64,000 bases of DNA from the human T2T-CHM13v2.0 reference genome, Homo sapiens (GCF_009914755.1 NC_060927.1); one strand, 5' to 3'; numbered from the stretch's first letter, positions 30,557 through 44,299 are shown. The notes: a model not told the origin generated them from the letters alone. Numbers and translations are program-made.

Positions 30557-33500
30557 TAGAAGTAGGTAAACATTCAAACCATTAGAGAGGTGGGTTTTCA
30601 CCTGTGCTCAGAACAAGGCGAAAGCTGTCTGCCACCATTGCCCTTTAATAGTCCTTTATCCATTAACCTTCACTGCTAGGAAGTCCTGCCTCATGTCTAA
30701 TCTGCATGCGTCTCTTCACATGGCAGCTGGAACCTACCTGGTCTTGATCTGCCCTAACAAGTGGAGCCTGACAACACCTGTGCATCACCAAAGAAAGGTG
30801 CCAAGCCCTGGTCACCCAGAGGGCCTCTCCCACTAGGTTCTACAGAGAAGCTCACAGAAGACATGGGATGTTGGTCCTACTGAAAAAGCAGGCAAGCTGG
30901 GGGAATACAATCATGTCAGGAATGCAGGCACAGACATCATCTTCTCTCATCACTGTCCACGGTCCGCACACCAAGACCTATCACTTTAGACACAAACCTT
31001 CCCAGGACCAGGACAAGAGAGATGAACTCTAAGGTAAGCAAGGGTCCAGGATGAGACTATGGGGTTTCTGGGTCTGTGAACACGCACACATACATACACG
31101 AATGTGGACACACATAAGAGCACATAACTATGTAAAATACACAGAGAAAGATGTTTAAGGGGACCCCACACCCAGAGATCCCCAGTCACTTGAGGAGATG
31201 GTGAGGTTGTTTAACTTTTTTATACCTCAGGTCTCTTGTCTGTAAGACAGGAATGATAATAACACAGGAACGTCGTAACGATTACATGTTAGGTACTTGG
31301 ACAGTACCTAGCCCAGTGTGGGCTCCCGTTTTTGCTACTATGATTATTATTACAGCTGGACACTCTCTCAGGACACAGAAATCTAGAGATACAGATGCAA
31401 ACACAAATACACCCAGACCCAGCACAATCAAATTCACAGGCATACACATACCCTGAATCTGACCACAGATACAGGTGCTCATCAAAGAGAAGCTGCGTCC
31501 AGCACCCTGCTGGTGGACAGTGTGGCAGAGCTCACATAGTTTGGTCTTGGTCCAATTAGGCTTGGTTCATTTCAGCCAGACCGCAGCAAAGAAAGTGAAA
31601 TTGCTCTGCAAATTCAAATGAGCAGATTTTTGAGATGCCACATGGAGAGATGCCACGGAGAGAGGTAGAGGACCGAACCTAAGTTCAAAGCCTGTTTTTT
31701 AAGGGGTCAGATAGTCACTTTTAGGCTGCTTAATGGCCGGACCTGCGATGTAGCCAGGCCCCACACCACCTAATACACCTTCAGTGAAAAGTGTACTGCC
31801 CTGAGTGCCTGCCATGCAAGAGTCTAGAGATGGTCAAAGAGAGGAGACTGTGTTCCACATATGAGCTAATGCACCATCAGTCATGCTCAGAGTCAAGAGG
31901 CAAGAGATGCAGAATTCAGTGGGATCAGGAAAGTGGAGCAAGCACCGGAAAGCAAAGGGCCTTGAAGTACTCCAGGATTGTCATGAGATGGGGATCAGAG
32001 CTATAAAAATGTCTGGAGGATGCAGAACTATCCTCTGACATCCAACTTTATAACCCAACTTCTGGGTTATAAAAAGAGCAGAAACACGAGCACATATGTT
32101 CAGCCCTCTCTAAAGCATTATACCCACTTGTTAAGGGAGGCTGGAGGGCGAGTCAAGGATGGTGTGGATTTGGCCAGAGAGGGCTTTGTGGAAAGTGGAT
32201 GTGGGTTAGAAAAAAATGCAGTGTTTGCATCTGGTCAACCTGAAAGTGATGAGGGTTATACCTTGGGGGAGGCCCTCTAGGAGATTTCTCTGAAATTCAT
32301 CAAGAGATTTTCTGTGATCCCACACCAATTCTATTTAAGAGGAGGCTGTGAGTGACACTCAGAGAATGAGTAGTTATCATCTTTCCTTCCAGGATGAAGC
32401 TGCCGCATAACTCTGTGATTAACACACACTGACTCTGGACGTCAGGGGAGATTAAAGGAGGGATCAGATGCTTTTGAAGAGAAGGTGGCCATCTGGAAGG
32501 TGCAGGTGCAAGGTGGTGGAGGCTGAAAGGTGGCAGATGGCTTGGTTCTGTGAAGGCAAATTAGGGAACACAGAAGACGACAGATGGGCAGGTGTTGGGT
32601 CATTGTGAAAGGGATTTGCCCAAGTGAAACAAAGATTTTTTTTTCTATTTAAATTTGGGTCAAGCACAAGGATTTCATCACTATTTATTAACTGGCTTTC
32701 AAACTTTGCCTACGAACAAAGTGGAAATCTCTTTATTGCAGATTAATTTGGGAAACAACTCAAGCAATAAAAAGGAGAGGAGAGGCAAGGTTGACCTACC
32801 ATACCTTATTTGCAATTCTAAAAGGTAAAACAGTTCTGAAAATTAAATTAAAAAAAAACGGATTTGACAGCATAACCTGACTTCAACTGACCTCTTTGTC
32901 ATCTTTATTCCATGTAGTGTGAACATTTGATGCAGAAATGTTGATGCGTTTGACTATTGAGTACTGCCCAGACCCCACTAGGGTTTTACGTAATATGGGT
33001 AATATGCTCTATATTATCTTTCTAAAGTCCAAAAAGTTCAAGATTTTGAAACACACCTGGTCCCCAGGGTTTGTTCACAGATCCCACTTACCTCCAAGAC
33101 AAGTGAGAATGTATGCTCAGCAGGCTGCCCGGTGCTGGCCTCAGCATGGGATGCTCAGGTGTGAGCAAGTGGAAAGGGCTTTGAAGAAAGGATACAGCTC
33201 TTTGTATGGGTACATTTGCCAGGGAGGGGAGCAGTGTGTAAATGCTCCACTAGACTGGGGGATGTGAAATTGACAAAGAGGGAGAGAAGCCCTTAGGAAA
33301 GGCATCCTCCTGAGTGAAATGGTAATTCACTTTGAGATGGTGCTAATAATTAAAACATTTTTTATGGCATTTTAAGAAACATCTATTAGGCCCACATGTG
33401 AAGCTACTCACAACTCCTTGTAACATACATTTCAGAAATGTTGCTGTCCCTTGATCTGCCTTTCTTATCTTCATCAGGTGGGTCCCCCATCCCTAGCCCT

Positions 33501-33571
33501 GCTTATGGCCTCCTCAGGAGGGCCAGCGAGGACGATGGCTGAGGTGGGAGGGCAGGGAGCCAGGAGGATCA

Positions 33572-33610
33572 CTATAAATAGAGTCCACCTTCTCCATTCT
33601 TCTCACTGAG
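33572..33610 (+). promoter_or_regulatory. Candidate Pol II core promoter: TATA box overlapping a MEF2 consensus, plus Inr
   Basis: CTATAAATAG at 33572-33581 (TATAAA and YTA(W)4TAR); pyrimidine-rich Inr TCTCACT with A at 33605, 32 nt after the first T of TATA. Confidence 0.55.
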
Positions 33611-33701
33611 CCACTTCTGAGCTTTCCAAAACAACTGCAGCAGCAGCAGCTGCCGCTTCAGCAGCCACAGAAGTGTTGGTGTCACCAGGACACAGCCTCA
33701 G
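33605..33701 (+). ncRNA. Candidate non-coding first exon of an unidentified transcript
   Basis: 97 nt without ATG between the Inr and a consensus donor CAG|GTAAGA (GT at 33702); non-repetitive. Confidence 0.45.
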
Positions 33702-34959
33702 GTAAGAGAAGGGGCATGGCTGCAGAGGGGCAAAGTCTGAGGGGCTGTGTTGGTGCTGAGCTTCAGGGCAGCCTTATGAGAAATACCTACAGAGGTCTCA
33801 TAATAAAAGAGAAAATGTAACAATTTCTTGGAAATTTTTTTTTAAAAAACAGAGCTTCATTCTAAAAGGAAATGTCTCACATGGATCTTATGCAGAGAAG
33901 CCTGAGCGACTTGCACTTTCAACAATGGTTTTGTCATAGATGTAAAGGTAATTTTTTTGATGATTTTTTTGTTAATAGAAGAGCTTAATAGAAGACCTTA
34001 AATGAGGTTCTGGACCAGTGATGCTGAGAGGGCCACCATTTCTACACACTCTCTATGACAGAGGATGCAGGAGCAGAACATGCTAGGGTCTCCTCCTACA
34101 CAGGGCTCATGGAGAGATGCTGATGAGGACAGACTTCTAGGTAGGAGAGGATAAGGTTCTGGGTGGGGAACCTGGAGCCCTCAGGGAACCGGGACAAATG
34201 GGAGGAGTCTCCATAGCCACCTTCTGTCTGATTGCATCAAAGGAAGACTGCTACCGAGTGATGGATGAGCTGGGGTAGGAAGTAGAGCTCTTCATCACTG
34301 GAGGTGTTTAAGCAGAGGCTGGTAACTCCTTGACAGATACACTGAAGAAAGGTTTCATGAATCAGCTGGGGGATTAAAATATTACATTGGTGCAAAGTTA
34401 TTTTCATCAGGAAAGACAGGAGGGAGTGTTTCCAAATCTCAGGGTGGAGGTCGGCAACAAATTACTACTGTCTTTGCAGCCACTGATATGCCCCTCCCCA
34501 AATTTCAGACAGGAAGTCAGTGCAGCTGGTGGTCAAGCATCACATCCCTTAGGCTACTGGGAAGGAGGAGTTGAAGACCTCTGGGCTGATGCTCTCACCT
34601 GGGGTACTTGGAGCAACAAGTAATACTTGGATAACTGTAATGAACTAGAGAAATACTCATTGAGAGCTTCTTAAGAATATTTTAGCCCAGAAAGACAAGG
34701 TGAGCTCACGTTTGACAAAAGGCAAGCTTTCCAGGGGTTGGCTGTTTTTCCCCATGCAAGCAGGACCCCACACCCACTGCATCCCCCTTGCCTGGCTGCT
34801 TCTGGTTTGTAGGTAATGGAATGCAAAAGATGTGGTTTCAGCAAGTATTTCACACCAGGACAGATGTGGAACTACCTAGATAATGTATATCTCCCATTGC
34901 CTGCCTCCGTATCTCTGTCCAGTGGAATTTTCTGCCAAGAGATTGTTGTCCAGTTTCAT

Positions 34960-35103
34960 CTCTGTCAGCCACATGTGGCTATTGGGCAATTGTAATGTAG
35001 CATGAACACATAAATACATTTTAAACTTAATTTAATTTTCATTTATTTAAATTTAAATAGCCACTTGTAGCTAATAGCTATTGTATTGGATAGCGCAGTG
35101 CTG
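34960..35103. mobile_element. MER3/MER33-type hAT-Charlie fragment
   Basis: agccacatgtggcta...tttaaatttaaatagccacttgtagctaatagctattgtattggatagcgcag. Confidence 0.7.
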
Positions 35104-35754
35104 GAACATTCATTCTTTGATAGCAGGAATTGCATTTTTAAAAAGTCTTTGTGTCTCTGGCTTCTTGTATAATGTCCATGAGTAAATATTTAATAAATAA
35201 ACAATGAAAGAAGATGAGGATGTTCTAGGAGGCTTTTGGAGAGGGCATGGTTGAAATCTGAAGGCATAAGGGCTGTTTTTAGTAGATTAACGAAGACTTC
35301 AAATCACCAGAGTGTTGGCTGTTTTGTCTGCAGTTTTGTTCTCCTCAATAATCTAGGACTTTCTTGCCATTTTAACCATAGCTTTATGCATTTTGATAAA
35401 TGTGCACAAATGTAGGTATAGAATATCACCATCAAGATATAGGACATTTTCATACCATGAAAAGTTCACTTGTGTCCACAGTTGGTTTCATGGGTATGCA
35501 CAACCTGTGCAGTCACACAAGGACATGTGCTCAGAAAGGCCCCACGCTTGATTTACTGCTCTGCTGTTGCTGCCTTGAAATTCTTAATAATTTTTTTAAT
35601 AAGGGGCCCTGCAAGTTCATTTTGCATTGTGCCCTGCAAATTCTGTGGCTGGTACTACCTGTATCCTTTTGCGGTCGATCCCCTCCCACCACCCCAGCCT
35701 CAGGCAAGAACTGATCTGCTTTTGTCACTATAGGTTAAATTTGTCTTTTTAAAA

Positions 35755-36065
<311 letters not shown>

Positions 36066-36715
36066 CTTGTCTTTATCAGAGTTTCATGTAAATGGAGTCA
36101 TAAAGTATGTAATTCTTTGTATCTGGTTTCTTTTACTCATAACATTGCTCTTGAGATTCGTCCTTTTTTGTGGTTAGCAATAGTTTGTTCCTTTTTTATT
36201 GTTGAATAGTATTCTATTAAGTGGATACACCATGATGAGTTTATTCATTCATTTGTGATGGACAGTTGGGTTGTTTACATTAGTTGTCTGTTATAAATTA
36301 AGCTGTTACAAGCTTTTGTTTATAAGTCTTTGTGTGGAAAATGTTTTCATTTCTCTTGGGCAAATACCTGGGGATGGAATTGCTGAGAGTAAGATAATAT
36401 ATTTTCAACTTTTCAGAAGCCGCCAAATTATTTTCCAAGGTTTTTGTACCACTTAATATTCCTATCAGCAATGTATGAGAGTTCTAGTTGCTTTACATTT
36501 TTGTCAGCACATTATATTGTCAGTCTTAAATTTTAGCCACGCTAGTGGCTAAGCTGTGTATTTTATTATGGTCTTACTTTGTGTTTTCCTGTGACTGAAG
36601 ATTTTGAGCATCATTTTATGTATCTTCTTTTGTGAGGTCTGGCCTAATCTTTTGCCATTGTTTGTTTTCTTTTTATTGAGTTCTTTATATATTTTGGATA
36701 CAAGTTCTCTGTTAG

Positions 36716-37113
<398 letters not shown>

Positions 37114-37448
37114 AGTCCTGTCATTTTTTTAATAATATCTTTCAAAAATAGACGTATTTTTAACTTTTATGAAATTCAATTTAATGTTTTGTATTTTATG
37201 GTTTGTGCTTTTTGATGTCCTATCTAAGAAATTTTGCCTACCCTAAGGTCACAAAAATGTGCTCTTAAGTTTTTCTCTTAGAAGTTTTATAGTTTGTTTT
37301 TTATCTTTAGGTCTATGATCTATTTTTCATTAAAAAATAATTGATCACATATGTTTGGCTCCATTTCTGGACTCTGTTTCATTGATTTATATGTCTGTCT
37401 TTATGTTAATACCACCTTGTCTTAATAACTATAGAATTATAATAAGTC

Positions 37449-37749
<301 letters not shown>

Positions 37750-38674
37750 TTATAGTAAGTCTTGAAATCAGACAGGGCAAGTATCCCAAAGTTGTTGTTT
37801 ATAAAAATTGTTTTAACCATTCTAGGTGTTTTGCAGCTTTATATAAATTTTAGAATCAACTTGTCAAGATTGCATTACATCTACAGATCAATTTGGGGAG
37901 AACTGATTTTTGATAATATTGTCTTCCAATTCATGTCTATTTATTTAGATCTTTAATTTCTCTCAGCAATGTTTTGTAGTTTTCCGTGCACAAGTAGTAT
38001 ACCTTTTTGTTGTTAAGTTATCCCTAAATATAGAATTTTTTAATGGTATTGAGAATGGTATCATAAAATTTCTTTTCCATTGTTCTTGACATTATGTAGA
38101 CATATATTTGATTTTTGTATGTTGAGCTAGTATTCTATGATCTAAAACTTCTTATTTCTAGTAGCATTTTTGTAGACTCAGGATTTTCTATGTACACAGT
38201 CATGTCACATGAGAATAAAGATAGTTTTACTTCTTATTTTCAAATCTACATGACACTTATTTCTTACTTTTCTCTTTCACTGGCTAGAATCTCCTGTATA
38301 ATGTTGGTTAGAATTGGTAAGAACAGATATTATTGCTTTGTCCGTGATTTTAGATTAGAACTCATTCCATCTTTTACCATTGAGTATAAAGCTAGTTTAG
38401 GTTTGTCATAGATGCCATTCATCAGCTGAGAAAATTCTCTGCTCCTAGTTTGTTGAGAGTTTTTATGGTGAATAGATGTGGAATTTTGTCAAATGGTTTT
38501 GTTTGCATTTTTCATTTGTTTTTTATCTTGAGATGATCATGTAGTTGTTCCCTTTTATTCTGTTAACATGGTGAGTTGTGTTTATGAAGTTTTAAATGTT
38601 GAATAACCTTTGCATTCCTGGGATAAACTCTATTTGTTTACAACATGTTATTCCTTTTAAAAATCTTAAGGCAT

Positions 38675-40238
38675 CTCTCGTGGAGGCAGCTAGCTTGAGG
38701 CTGGGGAGTGCTGAGCTGCGTGTCATGCCCTGTGCTTGCCCAGACTAGTGAACAATGCAGTCAGGATGGCTAAAGGTGACCCCAAGAAACCAAAGGGCAA
38801 GATGTCTGCTTATGCCTTCTTTGTGCAGATGTGCAGAGAAGAACATAAGAAGAAAACCCCAGAGGTCCCTGTCAATTTTGCAGAATTTTCCAGGAAGTGC
38901 CCTGAGAAGCGGAAGATAATGTCTGGGAAAGAGAAGTCTAAATTTGATGAAATGGCAAAGGTGGATAAAGTATGCTATGATTGGGAAATGAAGGATTACG
39001 GACCAGCTAAGGGAGGCATTAGGATCCTTATTCTTGCCTCCCTTAGTTGGTCCCTAATCCTTCGTTTGGATCCCACTGTCTGGATTCTTCCTGCTCTGTT
39101 CCAAATTCTGCCCTAATATCAAATCCACAAACCCTGGTATCTCTATTGGAAATGTCGCAAAAAGGCTGGGTGAGATGTAGATTAACATGTAACAGTGAAA
39201 AGCCACCTTACATCACCAAGGCGACAAAGCTGAAGAAGTATGAGAAAGATGTTGCTGACTAAAAGAAAGTTTGATGGTGCAAAGGGTCCTGCTAAGGTTG
39301 CCTGGAAAAAACGTGGAAGAGGAAGACAAAGATGACGAGTAGGAAAAAGAGGATGAGAAGGATGAATTTTAAAAACTGTTTATCTGTCTCCATGTGAATA
39401 CGTTAGAGTAGGGGAGCACCTTAATTAACACATCAAGTGTCTGTTGCCCTCATTAGGTTTAATTACAAAATTTGATCACGATCAGATTGTAGTCTCTCAA
39501 AGTGCTCTAGAAATTGTCAGTGGTTTACATGAAATGGCCATCGGTGTCCAGAGCACCCTGAAGCTGTATCAAAATTGTATTTATTTCTAAACATTTTTAA
39601 AATGAAAAAATAATCTTGTGTTCTCCTCACTCTGCGCACTTTGCTGTTGGTGTGACAAGGCATTTAAAGATGTTTCTCCCCCGCCCCTTTTTTTTTTTAA
39701 CTTGTAAAGTGGTGTTAACATATAGTTATTGGCTAGAAATCCTGAGTTATCACTGTATATATCTCTAGTTTGTAAAAAGAACAAAACAATTGAGACAAAC
39801 TCTTGACACTCCTTGCTTGGCATTGAGGCTGCAGGGGAAGATGCCTTTTGGAGGGGTCGTAGCTCATGCACTGTGAGGTTGGACCTGGTGACTGCAGCAG
39901 GCATCCATTTAACTTCAGGTTGTCATGTTTTTGTATATAATGACGTAGCATTCTGCCTCCATTCTTAGCTATAGACAAAGGTGGGTCGGCTGGCATGAGA
40001 AGTGTTTTTTTGTTTGTTTGTTTTAGTTAAGTGTGATAGTTTTTAAACTGTTTCTTAAACAAACTGTAGAACTCTTCAGTGTCAGCAAAGGGAAGAGCCA
40101 CTGCATCAATGAAAGTTCAAAAGCCTTCTGTACTTAAACACGCTTTGCAATGTTGTTTTTTTTTTTTGTATGTTTAGAATGCTGAAATGCTTTTGAAGTT
40201 AAATAAACAATATTACAATTTTAAAAATAAAAATAAAA
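38675..40238 (+). pseudogene. HMGB3P13: Processed pseudogene of HMGB3 (5' UTR, intronless CDS from ATG 38766, 3' UTR, A-rich tail)
   Basis: [41 protein letters not shown]...KDYGPAKGG is HMGB3 box A; box B and acidic-tail relics with inversion, frameshifts and a TAG at 39178; aataaa at ~40202 then A-rich tail. The pseudogene number is recalled and less certain than the family call. Confidence 0.93.
38987..39066 (+). ncRNA. MIR4788: microRNA hairpin mir-4788 (mature 5p 38996-39017, UUACGGACCAGCUAAGGGAGGC)
   Basis: 33-bp stem (38986-39018 / 39035-39067; 30 Watson-Crick, 2 G:U, 1 C-C mismatch), 16-nt loop; sequence matches my recollection of hsa-miR-4788. Confidence 0.85.
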
Positions 40239-40644
40239 TTGGTAGACTCTGCTAATATTTTGTTAGAGATTTTTATGTTATGTTCATGAGGGACATTAGT
40301 CTTTAGTTTTCTTTTCTTACAATATCTTGGTCTGGTTTTGGTATCAGGATAATGTTATCTTCGCTAAACAAATTGGGAAATGTTACCTCCTCTATTTTAT
40401 GAAAATATTTACCTGAAATTTGTATTATTTCTTTCTGAAATGTTGTAAGGAATTCATCAGTGATGCCATCTAGACCTGGAGTTTTCTTTGTAGGAAGGGA
40501 TTTATTTACAAATTCAATTTCTTTAATAAGTGTATGGCACTCCAGATTTTTAACTTCTTTTCCAGTTTTGGCAAATCATATTTTTCAAATAATTTGTCTA
40601 TTTTATCTAAGTTGTCAAATTTATTGGCATAAAGTTCTTCATAA

Positions 40645-40975
<331 letters not shown>

Positions 40976-41371
40976 TGTCTTTCATTCTTGATATCAGTTA
41001 TTTGTGTTTTCTCTCTTTTCTTCCTGATCGATCTAGCTAATGGTTTATCAATTTTATTATTATTTTTAAAAACCGTCGAATTAAAAAAATGGATATTCTT
41101 ACTGTTTTTGTCCATTTTCACTGGTTTCCACTCTGATCTTTATTATTTCCTTCTTTCTATTTTGGACTTAATTTGATCTTTATTTTTTAGCTTCTTAAGT
41201 TGGAAGCTTAGATAATTGATTTTAGACATTTTTTCCTTTCTAATATAAGCATTTAAAGCTATTAATTTTTCCCTATGTACTGCTCTAGCTACCTTGCACA
41301 AATGGTATGTTGTGTGTTTATTTTCATCTACTTCAAAATATTTCCTTCATGATTTCTTCTTTGACCTGTAT

Positions 41372-43708
41372 TGTACAGGGAAAAACTCTCTCTCCAACTG
41401 AGTTTCCCTCTGCTCTCACACCACACCACCACAACAATCAACACAGAGGAAGACTTCTTGACCAAATGTGTGGGGGAAAGCCCCACACACCAAGCCACAG
41501 ACACCAGCTGGGTGTCCAATTCAGTTCCAACACAATCTACCTGGAGACAGTGTCAGAGCCCACAGGCTGGGGGCTCAGTTCCCAAGATTGCCCCCGACAT
41601 CTCCCGTTGCAGTCACAAGTCTGGGCCTCCAGAACTTCTGACTGACTGGCTTCAAGTTGGGGTTCCCACTACCCCCTCTTTGGGTTTGATTCATTTCCTG
41701 GAGTGGCTCATAGAACTCAAGGAAACACATTTATTGGTTTATTTTAAAGAACATTACTAAGGATACAAACGAAAAGAAGTGTAGGGCAAGGTATGGGAGA
41801 AGGGGCGTGGAGCTTCCATGCCCTCCCTGGTCACACCACCCTCTAGCAACCTCCACATGATAAGCTATTTGGAACCTCTCTGAACCCTATCCTCTTGGGA
41901 TTCTATGGAGGCTTTATTACATAGACATGATTGATTAAACCACTGGCCATTGGTAATCAGCTTGACCTGCAACTCCTTTCCCCTCCCTGTGGGTTGGGGG
42001 TGTGAGACTGAAAGTCCCAACTCTCTAATCCCGCCTTGGTCTTTCCAGTGACCAGCCCCACCGTTGAATCTATCAGACAAAACACATACACAAAAGACAG
42101 CACTTTGGAGATCCCAAGGATTTTAGGAGTCCTAAGCCAGGAATCAGGGACGAAAACCAAAACATATGTATGCCCTCCATGGAGCCTCCCTTTAATCAAC
42201 TTGGCTTCCATTGCCACCACAGACCACCTGCTGGTTTTGACCACAGATCCCTTACATCAAAAGAATATACAGAATCATTAATAATTAGTCCAGTCCATCA
42301 TATTGTACAAATGTCCTAGGGTGAGGCCACTCAGGTTTGCAGTCTTCCTTTCAATCTTTTCAGGTTCCCAAAACAGGAGTGGTCCCGACAAATATACAGC
42401 TCCACCCTTTCAGGCATACGGAATAATTGAGCTAAGAGACAGTATCATCTGTTGCTCTGAGACTTTTGAGTTGTTCATGTAATATTGAGCTTCCCTCAAT
42501 TAATAACTCATTTATTTATTCATTTACACTCATCTACTATTTCTCCTGCTCTCCATTAATATCCAGATTTTTCACCTTTGGACAGGACATTAGAATTGCC
42601 ACTGTGCTGGTCTAGATTGCAGGCAGCAGCACTAGTCTGGCAAGTGCCTCCCACTCAGCCTGTTCCCATTCACATAGGGTAGGGTTATATAGATTCCAAA
42701 CTAGTGAGCCATTTTCACCACCAGGCATTATAACTGTATTTATCCTTGGTCCCAGTTTTGCCAGAGGGTGAACGCACAAGCCACCTGCATCAGGCCCTTA
42801 GGAATTCTGAGAGGAGAAAAAAAATTTTCTTGAGGTGATTTGGGGAAGAAAAAAAAATTATAGCCATTATACCAATATACTCCTCCCCTAGCAAGAGGTG
42901 CATACTCATATCAGTGTCCTCCCCACCTCCCCTTCCCCAGATCAACCAGAAAAACAGAGAAAAAAATCTAGTGGGGATACTATAGTCCCACTCATGTTGA
43001 GTGTGAGCACAAAATTGTGAAGGTGTGCAAGGCAGCCCTGCAAGCTTTTGTTTCTCCCTGCTTTAGGCAACCAATGTTTCAATTGCCTGTTCTCCTCTAT
43101 CGAACTATTAGTTGAGGGAGGATATCTCTCTGCCCATTGTTGGACATTATGGGCTGTATGTGTTACTTGGTCTGAAGAAATGGCAGTCAGCCATCCAAAT
43201 TTATGCAATATCTTCTGTTCTGTTCTGTTTTTTTTTTTTTTTTTAATTTTTATGGCACTCCGAGCATTTTCATTTCCCACCAGGCATGCAAAAGCCCAGT
43301 CCAGAGTCAGTGTCTATTCTTGTCAAGACCCATTTGCAGCCTCCAGGGCTCCCAGCACCAGCCTCCCTTGCCAGCTGTGTTCAGGGCCTTTTCACCAGGT
43401 TATCTGCCGCATAGCCATCAGCAGTCTCTGTCTCCTTTTATGACAAACAGAACAGTTCTTACTGGCATTATGTGCCTGAGAGGGTGCAAAAGAAACTATC
43501 TTGACTCAACCCATCTCTCCACTGCTGCAGTACCCACTATCCTATATCAATTAATTTCATGGACCCAGGTGGTCACCTCCAGGAAGGACACAGGGATATC
43601 TGCTTGGGCCCTGGCAATCGTACTTGTTTCCATTTAGCAGGTCCAAATAATATTGCTCGACGGACAGGTTTACGTGCTTTCTGTTTTACAGTATGAGGTA
43701 GAGGAAAC

Positions 43709-43753
<45 letters not shown>

Positions 43754-43762
43754 ATAATGCCA
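41372..43762 (-). mobile_element. MER21-type LTR (~41372-42165) plus ERV internal relic with integrase core
   Basis: tgtacagggaaaaactc...caattcagttccaacacaatctacctggag LTR motifs; minus-strand FGWLTAISSDQVTHTAHNVQQWA..YPPSTNSSIEENRQLKHWL integrase-like; L1 resumes after gccaca. Confidence 0.75.
43711..43752. repeat. (TG)n microsatellite
   Basis: Direct inspection. Confidence 0.95.
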
Positions 43763-44093
43763 CACATGGGTTATTAAGAAAACTTTTAAAAATTTCCAAA
43801 TATTTGGGGATTTTATTCCTAAATATCTTCTTGTTCTCGATTTCTAATGTAATTATGAGTGGGCAGAGAATATATAATTCAATCTTTATTTATTGAGACT
43901 TATTTTATGGCCCAGAATATGATCTAGCTTGGCAAATGTTTTATGTGCGCTTGAGAAAAATGTGTGTGCTGCTGTTTTGGGATGGGGTGTTCTATAAATG
44001 TCAGTGAGATCAAGTTGATTGATAATATTGTTCAAATCTTCTACGTACTAGCTGGTTTTCTCTCTACTCATTAATAAGAGAGAAATATTGAAA

Positions 44094-44299
44094 TGTCTAA
44101 ATACATAAATATTTAGATACATAAATTTATGTATCTAAATATGTATTTAGATAAAATTTAGATACATAAATATCTAAATACATATTTAGATAAAGTTTAG
44201 ATACATAAATATCTAAATACATATTTAGATAAAATTTAGATACATAAATACATATTTAGATAAAAATTTAGATACATAAATATCTAAATTATAGATAAA
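44094..44299. repeat. AT-rich minisatellite (~39-bp unit) with a perfect palindrome at its start
   Basis: Unit tttagatacataaatatctaaatacatatttagataaa(g/a) at 44157-44195 and 44196-44234, then partial copies. Confidence 0.9.

Noticed and set aside
38675-40238. Functional HMGB3 gene
   Set aside because: Intronless, CpG-decayed 5' UTR, inversion, frameshifts and a stop in box B, A-rich tail, inserted in an L1: a processed pseudogene.
44094-44299. Repeat array superficially like a CRISPR
   Set aside because: Eukaryotic context, no unique spacers and no cas genes; it is an AT-rich minisatellite.
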